A DNA stretch of 63,642 nt, filler included, from Reticulomyxa filosa (Eukaryota > Protista > Foraminifera), in assembly GCA_000512085.1 (NCBI GenBank). It is 19 parts of 19 records of this genome, joined end to end, with 100 filler letters (N's around TTAATTAATTAA, not from the genome) between each part and the next. Parts side by side here need not be neighbours in the genome. Positions count along the whole stretch, not along the records: positions 1 to 3,734 come from ASPP01004116.1; positions 3,835 to 8,777 come from ASPP01024461.1; positions 8,878 to 11,389 come from ASPP01029603.1; 16 more parts are not named here. One strand, given 5' to 3'. Shown one piece after another: positions 1 to 11,489 of this stretch. The position numbers and the translations under genes were made by a program. The stretch's first letter is position 1. Each line of letters begins with the position of its first letter. Under the pieces are notes generated by a model. That model searched no databases, was not told the DNA's origin, and was given only the letters and a program-made list of their open reading frames with translations.

Positions 1-2
1 TT

Positions 3-3000
3 GGAACTAAAATATCAAAATCACAAGTTTATGAAGCATTCAATCAACAATGGATTGATATTCACGTGAAAGATGTTTCGAATAAATTATCAGAATTGAG
101 AATTCAAACAAACCCCAAAAAAATTAAATTTGCGTTTCAACAATATTGTCAAGACTTGGGATTTGAAATGTTTATTCAAGGAAATCAAGTTGCAACAGAA
201 AATGATGAAATTACAAATATTGTAAACATAAAAACAGATTTAAAGAAGAAAATTGAAGTAAATGAAAATACAGAAATAAAAATAAAGGAAGGTGATAACT
301 CACTCACAAAAAAAAAAGGCATTTGGGAAAAATACTTTACTGGTGATAATATAAGCAAACACGTATCGAAAAAAGATGGAAATGATAAACAACAAAGTGC
401 GAGTGAAGATATGGAAATAAAAACAATGAATGAAATTGTCAATACTTCAGTCGTAAAAAAGCAAGATGTTTGGGCAATGTATTTCAAAGGTGATAGTATT
501 GCTAAATATGTATTGAGAAGAGTTGGTGATAATAAATATCAATTTTTACATAAATCATGTCAAGAATATTATGCAGCACAAAAAATTATATTTGATGTCA
601 TTTCATGGAAACCTGAGATTGATATGACTAATCAACAATTTCAAATACATGCTCAACGATTATCTATCAATCGCAAATTATTAAATGAAGAATTGGGAAT
701 TATTCAGTTTATTGCAGAAAGAATTCATGAAAATAATCCAACATTTGTGAATTTAAAGTCACGATTATTTACTATTATTGAGGCGTCTAAAACAACTGAA
801 CAAGTTAGTATTGCAGCAGCAAATGCAATTACTATTTTAAATTCAGCAAATGTGAATATGCACAATCAAGAATGGAATAATATCAAAATTCCTCATGCAA
901 TTTTAGATCATGCATTTCTTGAAGGAACCAAATTTAATAATGCCAATTTAAATGGTGTTAGCTTTTATCAATCTTGTTTGAACAAAGTCAACTTCACAAA
1001 TGCATCTGTTAATGGGATTTACTTTGGAGAATATGCATATTTGGATGGACACTCAGATCAGATAAAAGGCGTTCAATTTTCACCTGATGGAACAATATTT
1101 ATGTCATTTTCATCTGATACTACTATCCGAATTTGGGATATATCATTAAGAAAACAACTTCAATTATTACGAGGACATACAAATGTTGTACACGCAGCAC
1201 AATTTTCATCAGATGGTTGTAAAATTGTGTCAGGTTCAGGAGATAACACCATTCGAATTTGGGATGTACTATCAGGTCGACAAATAAAAATATTAGAGGG
1301 ACATTCTGATTGCGTAAATACAGTAGAATTTTCACACGATAATTTCAAGATTATATCAGGCTCGTCAGATCAAACTATTCGAATTTGGGATGTAAATTCT
1401 GGAAAGCAAGTTCAAAAGTTGACAGGACATTCAGCATGTGTACATATAGTGATGTTGTTAGACAATTCTAAAATTCTGTCATGTTCACACGATAAAACAA
1501 TTCGAATATGGGATATGCTATCTGGAAAACAAATTCAGACGTTAATACACAGTTCTCGGGCGGTAGGAGTAAGAATTTTATCAAATAAGTCAAAAATTAT
1601 ATCATATGTAAACGATGCAATCATTTATATATGGGATGTATCTTCGGGTGAACAAACTCAAATATTAAAAGGACATTCACAAGTTGTAAATGGAATTGAA
1701 TTGTCATCAGATGATTCAAAAATTGTGTCATGTTCATATGATAATACCATCCGAATATGGGATATATTATCTGGTAAACAAATACAAATTCTGGAAGGAC
1801 ATTCAAATATAGTGACAGCAAAATTTTCACCAGATAATTTAAAAATTGTATCTGGTGCAGATGATACTACAATTCGAATATGGGATGTATTATCCGGAAA
1901 ACAATTACAAGTATTAGAAGGACATTCACATGGTGTAAGATGTGTGGAATTCTTTCCAAATGAGTCGAAAATTTTATCATATTCGTTTGATAAAACAATT
2001 CGAATATGGGATATATCTTTAGAAAAAAAAATTCAGTTAGAACAAGGACATTCAGATATTGTTACTGGGGCACAATTTTCACCAGATGGTTTTAAAATTG
2101 TATCATGTTCACAGGATAGAACAGTTCGATTGTGGGACATACAATCTGGAAGACAAATTCAAGTGTTTGAAGGCCATTCACATTATGTACTTGGAGTATT
2201 ATTTTCATTTGATAGTCACAAAATTGTGTCATATTCAGCAGATAGTACAATCCGAATATGGGATGTATTGTCAGGAAAACAACTTCAAGTATTAGAAGGA
2301 CATTCCAATGGTATAACAGACGTCCAATTTTCACCGGATGGTTCAAAACTGGTCTCAGGTTCAAAGGATAGAACCATTCGAATATGGGATGCATCTTTAG
2401 GAAAAGAGTTGCAATTATTAAAAGGGCATACTTTTTGGGTATTACATGTTCAATTTTCACCAGATGGCTCCAAAATTTTATCTTGCTCTGTTGATAATAT
2501 TCGATTATGGGATGTGTCTTCTGGCACAGAACTTCAAATATTTCAAGGGCATTTTAGTCAGATAAGTGGAATACACTTTTCACCTAATGGATCTAAAATT
2601 GCATCATATTCATGGGACAAAACACTTCGATTATGGGATATATCTTCCGGAGAACAACTCCAATTAGAAGGACATTTACAATTAGTAAAGGGAGCACAAT
2701 TTTCGCCAGATAGTTCTAAACTTGTATCCTGTTCGGACGATAATACCCTTCGATTGTGGAATGTTTCCTCTGGAAAGCAAATTCGAGTATTGGAAGGACA
2801 TTCAGATGGAGTAGAAAGAGTTCAATTTTCACCGGATGGATCTAAAATCATTTCATGTTCAAGTGATAAATCTGTTCGAATATGGAATGCATCTTCAGGA
2901 AAGCAAATTCAATTGTTAGAAGGACATAATGGAAGAATATTAGGAATACATTTATCATCAAACGGTTCCAAAATTTTGTCATTCTCAGAGGATAAAACGA

Positions 3001-3185
3001 TTCGATTATGGGGCAGTGATAATGCCAAAATAATTGATGTAACTGAGACAAATTTGATGAAGTGTATTTGGCAAATGGGCATTCAAGGTTCTGGTCTGTC
3101 AATAAAAGATAGTATTTGGAAAAATACAAGCGGTTTGACTCCTCAGCAAAAATTACTTGTGAAACAACGTGGTGGCACGTTTTGA
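3..3185 (+). CDS. NACHT-associated NLR-like protein, C-terminal part: winged-helix region + pentapeptide repeats + 16 WD40 repeats (5' truncated, intronless)
   Basis: The frame is open from base 3 (GTKISKSQVYEAFNQQWIDIH). It aligns with the NACHT ORF at 11490-13547 (YQFLHKSCQEYYAAQK, IIQFIAERIH, SIAAANA). It has an A-x-L-x-x-A pentapeptide stretch and 16 GH...D.TIRIWD units. Confidence 0.92.
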   Translation, partial: GTKISKSQVYEAFNQQWIDIHVKDVSNKLSELRIQTNPKKIKFAFQQYCQDLGFEMFIQGNQVATENDEITNIVNIKTDLKKKIEVNENTEIKIKEGDNSLTKKKGIWEKYFTGDNISKHVSKKDGNDKQQSASEDMEIKTMNEIVNTSVVKKQDVWAMYFKGDSIAKYVLRRVGDNKYQFLHKSCQEYYAAQKIIFDVISWKPEIDMTNQQFQIHAQRLSINRKLLNEELGIIQFIAERIHENNPTFVNLKSRLFTIIEASKTTEQVSIAAANAITILNSANVNMHNQEWNNIKIPHAILDHAFLEGTKFNNANLNGVSFYQSCLNKVNFTNASVNGIYFGEYAYLDGHSDQIKGVQFSPDGTIFMSFSSDTTIRIWDISLRKQLQLLRGHTNVVHAAQFSSDGCKIVSGSGDNTIRIWDVLSGRQIKILEGHSDCVNTVEFSHDNFKIISGSSDQTIRIWDVNSGKQVQKLTGHSACVHIVMLLDNSKILSCSHDKTIRIWDMLSGKQIQTLIHSSRAVGVRILSNKSKIISYVNDAIIYIWDVSSGEQTQILKGHSQVVNGIELSSDDSKIVSCSYDNTIRIWDILSGKQIQILEGHSNIVTAKFSPDNLKIVSGADDTTIRIWDVLSGKQLQVLEGHSHGVRCVEFFPNESKILSYSFDKTIRIWDISLEKKIQLEQGHSDIVTGAQFSPDGFKIVSCSQDRTVRLWDIQSGRQIQVFEGHSHYVLGVLFSFDSHKIVSYSADSTIRIWDVLSGKQLQVLEGHSNGITDVQFSPDGSKLVSGSKDRTIRIWDASLGKELQLLKGHTFWVLHVQFSPDGSKILSCSVDNIRLWDVSSGTELQIFQGHFSQISGIHFSPNGSKIASYSWDKTLRLWDISSGEQLQLEGHLQLVKGAQFSPDSSKLVSCSDDNTLRLWNVSSGKQIRVLEGHSDGVERVQFSPDGSKIISCSSDKSVRIWNASSGKQIQLLEGHNGRILGIHLSSNGSKILSFSEDKTIRLWGSDNAKIIDVTETNLMKCIWQMGIQGSGLSIKDSIWKNTSGLTPQQKLLVKQRGGTF

Positions 3186-3734
3186 TGTTTGTCTATGAAT
3201 GAAATCAGTTTTAAGCATGTGCATATTTTTTTCTTGAAAGTGTAAAATGATTTTTGAATGACAATTATTCAAACGTTTACAATATTAAGCTCATTATTGA
3301 GTCAATAAGTTGGGAGATTTAAATTTCAATAAAAAAAAATTAAATGAACAAAAATTGGAGACAATCTTGTATAAATATATAATGTTGCAAGTTTTTGTCA
3401 CAACATATTTCTCTTTATCTACATTTGAATTTTGGAAATTGCACAATTTTCAATGTTTCGATACTGAGTCAACAAGTCGAATGGCTCAGTTTTTGTTCAT
3501 GACTTTGTTACAAAAACGTTTCAAAAAATTACAATCATTAATTCAAATTCATTGGCACAAAAAAACATATTTTCTTTAAAAAACGTTAAAGTAAATTTGT
3601 TTGTATTATTGTCAAATTTGATCGTTTTCAGCTATAGTTCTTTTGTATTATTGTTATATTATATTTTTTCACAAACCACTAATAATTTTTTGAACGATGT
3701 AGAACAATACAGTAAGTTGCAAAGAAAACTGAAC

Positions 3735-3834
3735 NNNNNNNNNNNNNNNNNNNNNNNNNNNNNNNNNNNNNNNNNNNNTTAATTAATTAANNNNNNNNNN
3801 NNNNNNNNNNNNNNNNNNNNNNNNNNNNNNNNNN
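3735..3834. other. Artificial contig linker N44-TTAATTAATTAA-N44 (first of 18; others start at 8778, 11390, 13548, 15883, 17253, 18370, 21278, 28333, 34233, 35823, 41978, 43317, 48486, 51862, 53605, 60027, 61912)
   Basis: An identical 100-bp spacer with a six-frame stop core recurs 18 times, and genes are truncated at the linkers. Confidence 0.98.
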
Positions 3835-4208
3835 TAATTAAGTGGATATTTTTTTTAATTTGTTCCATTCAATACAACTCTTCCAAGGCAAGAACCCTGA
3901 AGGCCTGGAAAACAAAGAAAAAGGTTATGAAGTCGGAAATCAAAGGAAAGGCCCCCCGAGGCGAAAAACAACTGGAAAGGTCCGATACAAGCAAGGATCA
4001 AAGAAGGAGTCAAATAAAAAATGCTTCAACCTTTTGTTGACTTTTGTTTTGTTTTAAGCTTTAGCAATTTTGTTTAAAGTTGTTTGTTAATTACATTTGT
4101 AACATATTGTAATACTTAGTACTGTATTCAAGTGTGAGTGTGTGCTTGTTTTGCAATGTTTTCTTTCTGTGAATTCAACTTATAACATTCCATCTCTAAA
4201 AAAAAAGT

Positions 4209-5010
4209 CTATAATTCTTGCACTGTCTATGATCTCTGTCAGGCTTAGTAATATGCATAATGTTTGTCTTTTTCCATGCAATTAGCATATATCCCATTTG
4301 GAAACTCCATCCAAATAGGAATAACAATGATTCAATTACTGCATTGCCACCATTCTTAACATTTGATTATGGATGTTATCATTGCCTTGTACGTAGACAA
4401 ATGTTTTAATGCCTCAATAACTTCACATCTTGTGATACGGAATAACATATCTTGTTGGTGTTTAATGCCTTAAATTTCATGAATAAGTTTCTTGTGTTCC
4501 CTTCATGCAAGGAATCAATTCTTTTAATCATATGTTGATGCTTTTCTAATTGTGATTTCCTTCTCAATTGCTTGTCAGCTTTTTTATATAGCACCAGGTT
4601 CCTTGTTGTTTTTTGTTTACGAAAGCGATTCTTTAATTTCTGAACTCTCTTTCTTAATCGACTTAAACTGTCACTCCACTATAGTTTTTTGCCTTTACAT
4701 ATCGTCCTGATACCAATTAGTTGCCTCTCCATCATCAACAACACATTTGGTCCAAGATTCAACTGCTTTGTCTAATGTCTATTTGTTATCCAATACAATA
4801 TAATCAATAGATTGCATTCAATTGTCAATATTTCTTTTAATCTAAATCTAAATTTTTTCCATTTGTTAATCCTCAGATTCCAAATATCAATTTTTTGTTG
4901 TTCAATTCGTAGTGAAGACCAACTCAGTATCATCTGTCCTCCAATTGCTAACAAATGGAAGAATATAAGATTTACATAATGTGATATCGATGCTTGATTT
5001 GACAAATTGT
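4209..5010 (-). mobile_element. Degenerate non-LTR (LINE) retrotransposon ORF2 fragment: endonuclease end, linker, start of reverse transcriptase
   Basis: Frameshifted minus-strand motifs: SSIDITLC, WNLRINKWKKF, LYKKADKQLRR...LFMKFKALN, VIEALKHLSTYKA, DNIHNQML, WKKTNIMHITKPDRDHRQCKNYR. Confidence 0.8.
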
Positions 5011-5760
5011 TGCTGTACAAGTGATGAAAAATGGCGAATGTATCCAGGAGTATCATATTAAACCGGACTGTATTTAAAAATTGTTACAATTGAGTTGGTA
5101 TATTAAATTCCATTTTGTATAATAGTGGCCCAATGTTGTCTAGTACACTCCATTAACTGTATCTTGCAAATACTATTTTTTGCTTACTTCGATTGTTAAG
5201 TATATCAAGCTTTATCTGTCAGTCATTGCTTTGGTCAAGTCGTTCCTTATTTATTTCCATTGTCATCTAGTTGTGGAAGATTTGAACTTGCAATAATCAC
5301 ACGGTATTCATGCCATCATTTCAATATTGCGCGTCTATCAGCAAACCTTATGATTTTTCGCTGGTGTCATTTGCTCCGTTATTGAATTTTTATTCTTATA
5401 TCAAGTCCTACCTGACCCCATATTTGGACAGAAACTAAGCCAACAATCTACAGATATGTAGTACCTCTTGCTTTTATTTTGGGATTTGAAAAAAGGTTTA
5501 TAAAAATACTTAAACAAAAAAATTAATTGAACAAAAATAAATACTTTCCTAAATATCATACCTAACATAAAGTTCAGCATTGTCCATTGTCAATGCAACA
5601 TAAATTGCCAACACATTTGTTAGTCATGCATTACTACCATCAAATATACTCAATAATTGACCTCTTTTTTACATTAGATTCTTCAATTTTTCATTTATGT
5701 TCTTCCAAACAGATAAAATTTATTTTCATCTGACCATATTACTTTATTATCATCCAAGCT

Positions 5761-6142
5761 ACAATTGACAGCTAAAAAAAAGATCCCCCTAAAATGAATC
5801 CATATGAATATTCATGTATTTCTTCATGAAAAGTCAACATTTATTCAAAATTTTTTTAAAAATAATATCTACATCTTTTGAAGATTATTAAAAACATAAA
5901 ATAAAATGTGTAATGTTTTTTTCTTTAATACCAAAACAAAATATTGATTTTTCTAATAATTTTTAAAAATGAAAAAAACATTGATTTTTGTATGGTTTTA
6001 TACACTTTTATTAAAAACCAAAACATTTTTGGATTCTATACTATGCGTAGATATTATTTAAAAAAAGTTTGAATAGATATTGATTTTTTATGAAGAAACA
6101 TGAATGTTAATATACACTGTGATTTTTTTAGCTGTTGGTTGT
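5761..6142. repeat. MITE-like element with imperfect ~100-110 bp inverted arms (5761-5872 / 6047-6142)
   Basis: The reverse complement of 5761-5872 aligns with 6047-6142. Related sequence occurs at 48320-48485 and 59677-60026. Confidence 0.6.
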
Positions 6143-6648
6143 AAATGTAACATAGAACTTTGCATGAAACTTCAAAAAAAGAAACATTGACAGATTATTC
6201 AACGATCATTGATAGATTAAGCAACTTGAAAAAAATACTATTTCTTTTTTAATTTTATTTTCGATATTCAGGAAGGCATCATTTTCAAATAATTATTAGT
6301 TTTTTTCCTATTTTTTATTCTTAGATTGTATATGTATTAATTTGATAGATTTGAACATACAAGCTTGATTCCTGATATTTGATTACTTCCTTGTTTTTGC
6401 AGTGATGTATAAATTGCATCAAAAAAAAGTCGGGAGAAAAAAAACCCACTACTCATTCACAACTTGTCAAGAGAAAACATTTCAAAATACACACAAGAAA
6501 ATATTGTAAGTAAAAAAAAATCTTTTACAGTGTCTTTGACAATTGAAACCATTTTATAAAGGCTCCTTTCCACAAGATTGCAGGGAGTAATGGCAATCCA
6601 AACAACTGAAGACCAGGAAAAAAAAAACAAGTGATGTTGGCTGTATTT

Positions 6649-8720
6649 TCAGATATTAGTAGTGCGTACTTGATCATTTTGTTTTGTAGCAGGAGGTAAA
6701 GGTCGCGAATGAATATCGTCACTGGCCTTTATTTGTTTATCGCTAAAATTACGTTTTTTTGGGCCAAAGCCTACTTCCAACATTTTAGAAAGGAAGCGCT
6801 TGCGATACATCGTTGGTTCCATACATGACAATCCATCACCATCATCACAACACAAGTGAACTTTGTAGAAGCGCTCAAACCTCTTAAAGTGATTCCAATC
6901 CTGCAAAATGTCGATTATTCCAATGCAGTAAAATCCAGGTCCTTCTATCAACTCTGCTTTCATTGTGCTTTTGTGATCTTGGACTATGCGCATGTCTTCA
7001 TTTCCTTGGAGTAGAGCATCAGCTCGTTTCTTTGTATCTTTTCCTTTGGCTATTTGCATTTTTAAAATGCATTATATACATAATAAATTGATATTGCAAA
7101 AAATAAAAGAATGTCCCTTTTTAAAAAAAAAGTGGACACGTAACCGGCAGTTTTGACTTGACGAAAAGTCTGTTCATCTTCGAATTCTTCAGGAAGAGTA
7201 CCTTGTTGAGGTACACCCAAATCTTTGAGTTTGAGATCACTGCTCGGTTTCCACATTGGAGCCAGGGCGGGATGCAATCCTTCCGGAACAGTGCTGGACG
7301 AGGACGACACCACAGAGTTGGCCTCTTTCGGACGAGAAGCTCCAGGTTTAGCATCGAGTCTTAGTCGGCTTGCTGTTTGCAATTTGGGCGCTTGATATGA
7401 TTGATATCGATTTGTCTTGAACGAGTCTTATTTATGATTTGATAATATTGTTATCATTATTATGTATCATATGTACATATACATATGTGTATATATTGCA
7501 CACCGTATAAAGGTGCAAATACCCAATCGCTGGAATAAATGTGTGAAGAATCCAGTCCGACATTATAAATGCCGAGCATGAGAGAGTAGTCCATGACTTG
7601 GGATTGCTCCAAGAACTTGGTGTCGGCTTTGAGCTGATTCCACACCCGAATGGATACATCTTCAGGCAACAGCACATTTTTATGGAAATCGCGATCCTTC
7701 ATCACTTTCTATGCGCGTTTGTATTGCAATGTGAAGCATTGGAAGGCAAATTTTTTATTTTTTATTATTTTTGCAGAGACATAAATGATCAACCTTTCGA
7801 TGGAAATGTGTGATCTCAAACATTCTGTTAAACAAATAAACAAAAAAAAAGCACTCAACTCCGAGTTCCGTGTGATGACGAGTCACCCTACGCACAAAGG
7901 ATCCTTTCAAGTCATATCGCTCGTGTGGAGTGTATCCCGGAACAAATATGTTATTCATCACCACAAAATACAATTTTGTGCCGTGGATGTGTATACAATG
8001 CAACCTACAATACGTAATGCAAAAAAAAAAATAACAACATGCCAATCACACACACAAGTCTATTTATATTGAAAAAACTATTGACATTGGACTATATGCA
8101 CATTACCCAAAGTATTTATTAATAAGGGAAGATTGATAGGTCTTAAAATGCTGCACGTAGGACTGCAGCATCCGTACGCATGTAGGCACTTCATCAAACT
8201 CCCTCAGCGATTTAATAAAATATTTGGAGTCTGGTGTCAAAAAAAAGAATGCCCTAAGAGGGAGAAAAGGGGGGGGGGGGGCCAACCAGTCAATAAATAA
8301 ATAAAAAAACATTGTTTGCAATTGTGCGATTTGAAAAAAATGAAATAGAAATAGAGGTAGAAATGATGTAACATACCCAGACTTGCCTTCAGAAAAATTA
8401 CACTGAGACAACCAATCATTTTCGTCTTCCAATTTAATGCTTTGCAAGTACTCCTCGTCCGTAATCTGGTAAAGTTCTCTTCGCATTGCCCCAAACACGA
8501 AAGGCGCGTAGTCCGTGAACTCCACGTGCAAGCCCTTGGTGGATTGGTTTCCGGTTGTCAGTTTATTTTCCAGTACCACTGCAAATTTATTTACACCTTT
8601 GGTATCGCTGATTGACTTTGGAAAGTGTTCGTCTCCGACCATTTCCAGTTTCAGTCCCTTGGCTTCATTCGACTCCAACTTGGTTGCTTGGCGGATGCCA
8701 TTGATCATATGCACCACAAT
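6649..8720 (-). CDS. PIP5K: Phosphatidylinositol phosphate kinase (PIP5K family), multi-exon, 5' truncated
   Basis: FTDYAPFVF, SEGKSG/AFFFLTPDSKYFIKS, YDLKGS, DTKFLEQSQVMDYSLMLGI and GIIDILQDW occur in order across GT-AG introns. Confidence 0.92.
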
Positions 8721-10979
8721 CTATCCACGTATACATAACTTTTTCTTACTTATTGATACAGACAAGGAGGGGGGAAANNNNNNNNNNNNNNNNNNNNNNN
8801 NNNNNNNNNNNNNNNNNNNNNTTAATTAATTAANNNNNNNNNNNNNNNNNNNNNNNNNNNNNNNNNNNNNNNNNNNNACATTGGCCATTTATTTATAATC
8901 ATTATTTTCTCAACTTTATAGAAGATGGTATATTGCTTTATCGATGGATGAGATAGTTTAAATCCGAAACTTAAAAATGGAATAAATGTAATTTTGATAA
9001 TATTTATTGTTGTTCATCGATAACACTTTTTTTTAAATGACAATATTTATAATTTTATAAATTTTTTAATTTTTTAAAAGTGTAAATATTTCATAATCAA
9101 AATTTGCATTAACGAAAATATCAATCAAAATGTTCATATTGCGTGAAATATTTATTAAAATAACATAATTATAGAAGGGGTCATTTCCAGATTCTTCATA
9201 TGAGTACTTTTGTACAAGTAGACGTGGTGATTATACGTTTGGAAAAGGGAAAATAATATATTACAAGCCAAGTAAAGTTACACACAATTTTTATCCTTCT
9301 GAGTGTGCAAAAACGAAGTTTCTATCCACCAACCAAAAATCCTTTGAAAAACGTTTCCAGAGTTACTCCAATTAATAATAACAATTTGTTTAATTTCACA
9401 CTGTACTATATATGTATATACTGGAAATTAAACAAAGAAAGAGATACATAAACAAACACTCAAATGAAAACAAACTAAGTTAATGTTCAGTAAAAGTTGT
9501 ACATGCTTATGCAAGGATTTTATTTTTAGAAATATCCACAAATATTGCATGTCAGACAACTCTTTTTTTCATTGTTTCAATTAATTTAAAACACGTGATA
9601 ATAAGGATCATTCTTTATACGCTTTTTTATTCAGTCTAAATCAAATATACTGTTTTTTTATATTTTCCTGAATAAAGAAGCATAGAGATGAAGTATATCA
9701 ATGTTCGTACATCTCTTGATGTACTGTGAAAAGCTTGCTTTGTCTTATCCCAGTTTTTTTTACTACCCCTTTTCGATTGTACTTTTTTATGTTATGATAT
9801 TTCGCACAATTCAAAAAATTTTTTTGTATGAGAAATATGTTTTCAAGACATAGTAATAACACAGTATATCACGACAAAACAAAATAATCTTTGTATTCAT
9901 GACAACGAATGTTTGAGATATTTTGTTATATTTTTAAAAAATGAAAACATTCTATTCGCATCAAGTTTTTTTTTGGAGTATGTTTGGGATGATATTTTTT
10001 TGTTTTGAGATAGTAGGTTTGTTTTCACTTTTCTCTAAGCCAATTTTGGCTGCTTTGTTCAAAAAAGCGAAAGAGTTTCGTTGTAACACTAGTTTTTATA
10101 TTATTTGATTGAAAAAAACTACCTTGACTCCTAGATCACTTTTGAACATTTAATTTTGGTTGCAATGGAATTCATTTTAAACCTGGATTGATGTTGTTTC
10201 ATTTTGAAAATCAATAATGAAAAGTGCATGGATTCAAACAAAATAAAAAAGAAATTTAGCAGAGATTCATAATTGACAGTTTATTTTTGTTTCACAGGTG
10301 AAGACACTTTGCATAAGAATGACAGAGTATTTATCTCTATCTTTTGTTTTTTTGAAAATGTGATTGAGTCTATACTGTTCCAATCATGATATTATCTCTT
10401 TTTTTATTAAATCTTTTTCAAAATAAAAACTACTTTGTTGAAACATTTTTTTTGTTTTTAGTTGCTTGACTATCTTGAGGAGTATGTCCTTTTTTTCCCC
10501 CTCTTTAAAGTGTATAAAAAAACAAAAAATCCATTTGAATTTACTATACTGTAATGAAAACAATCCACACAAAACAAAAAGAAATCTAACCATATATGCA
10601 CAGACACGCAATATTTTTCCTTTGTTAACTCAAGCAAAATCTCAAAAATAACAAATAAACTCATTATACTATTCAGTATTCTTCACTTTTCAAAATAATC
10701 TTCTCAATGTGTGCTACACAAACACGAATTGTAGAGATAATTATACAAAGACATACATTGGTGATGAAATATGTAAGCATTTGGTGTAATGACAATAAAT
10801 CAAAAATACCAAACAAATACAATCAATGGGTCACTTTACAAACAATCACAATCATCCAATTCACATTGCAAGATATAATCATGATTATAGATTAGTGTGT
10901 GCATTGATTTGTTATTTATATAGGAATATTAGTGTTTGATTTAAATACATTTCAATTTATTAAACATTTTTTTTAAGCT

Positions 10980-11389
10980 TTTGCACAGGAAGGCATGAAG
11001 GACTACTCATTGCTTCGTCATTCAACCATCACTGATATTCACCTTAACTCCTCTACCCGAAAGTGCAAACAAAAGCAAGTTAAAGTACCTGGACCAAACT
11101 AGGTCATTGCACAATATAAAAGAAAAACGTAGTTATCCAAACACGATCTGGTCTCCGAACAACTCAGGTTCAGCTTTAAATCTTGCTCTCTTTGCCACAA
11201 TATAAACTCTTTCACAGGAATATCATAGGTCCTTTAATCCAATAAATCTCAGGAATTCCTTTCTATCCCAAGTCCTTCATTAATCTTTGGCACTCAGTAA
11301 TTGGATAGTTATATGTTTCTTAGTTGTACTTGTTGTGAATCGCATTCTTCCAGATATCAATGTATTGTCCCTGTCGATGAAATATTTCA
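10980..11389 (-). mobile_element. Degenerate retroelement RNase H fragment
   Basis: Minus-strand PEIYWIKG..IP....VAKRAR resembles the W-x-K-G-H..GNE.AD.LAK RNase H motif, with many indels. Confidence 0.55.
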
Positions 11390-11489
11390 NNNNNNNNNNN
11401 NNNNNNNNNNNNNNNNNNNNNNNNNNNNNNNNNTTAATTAATTAANNNNNNNNNNNNNNNNNNNNNNNNNNNNNNNNNNNNNNNNNNNN

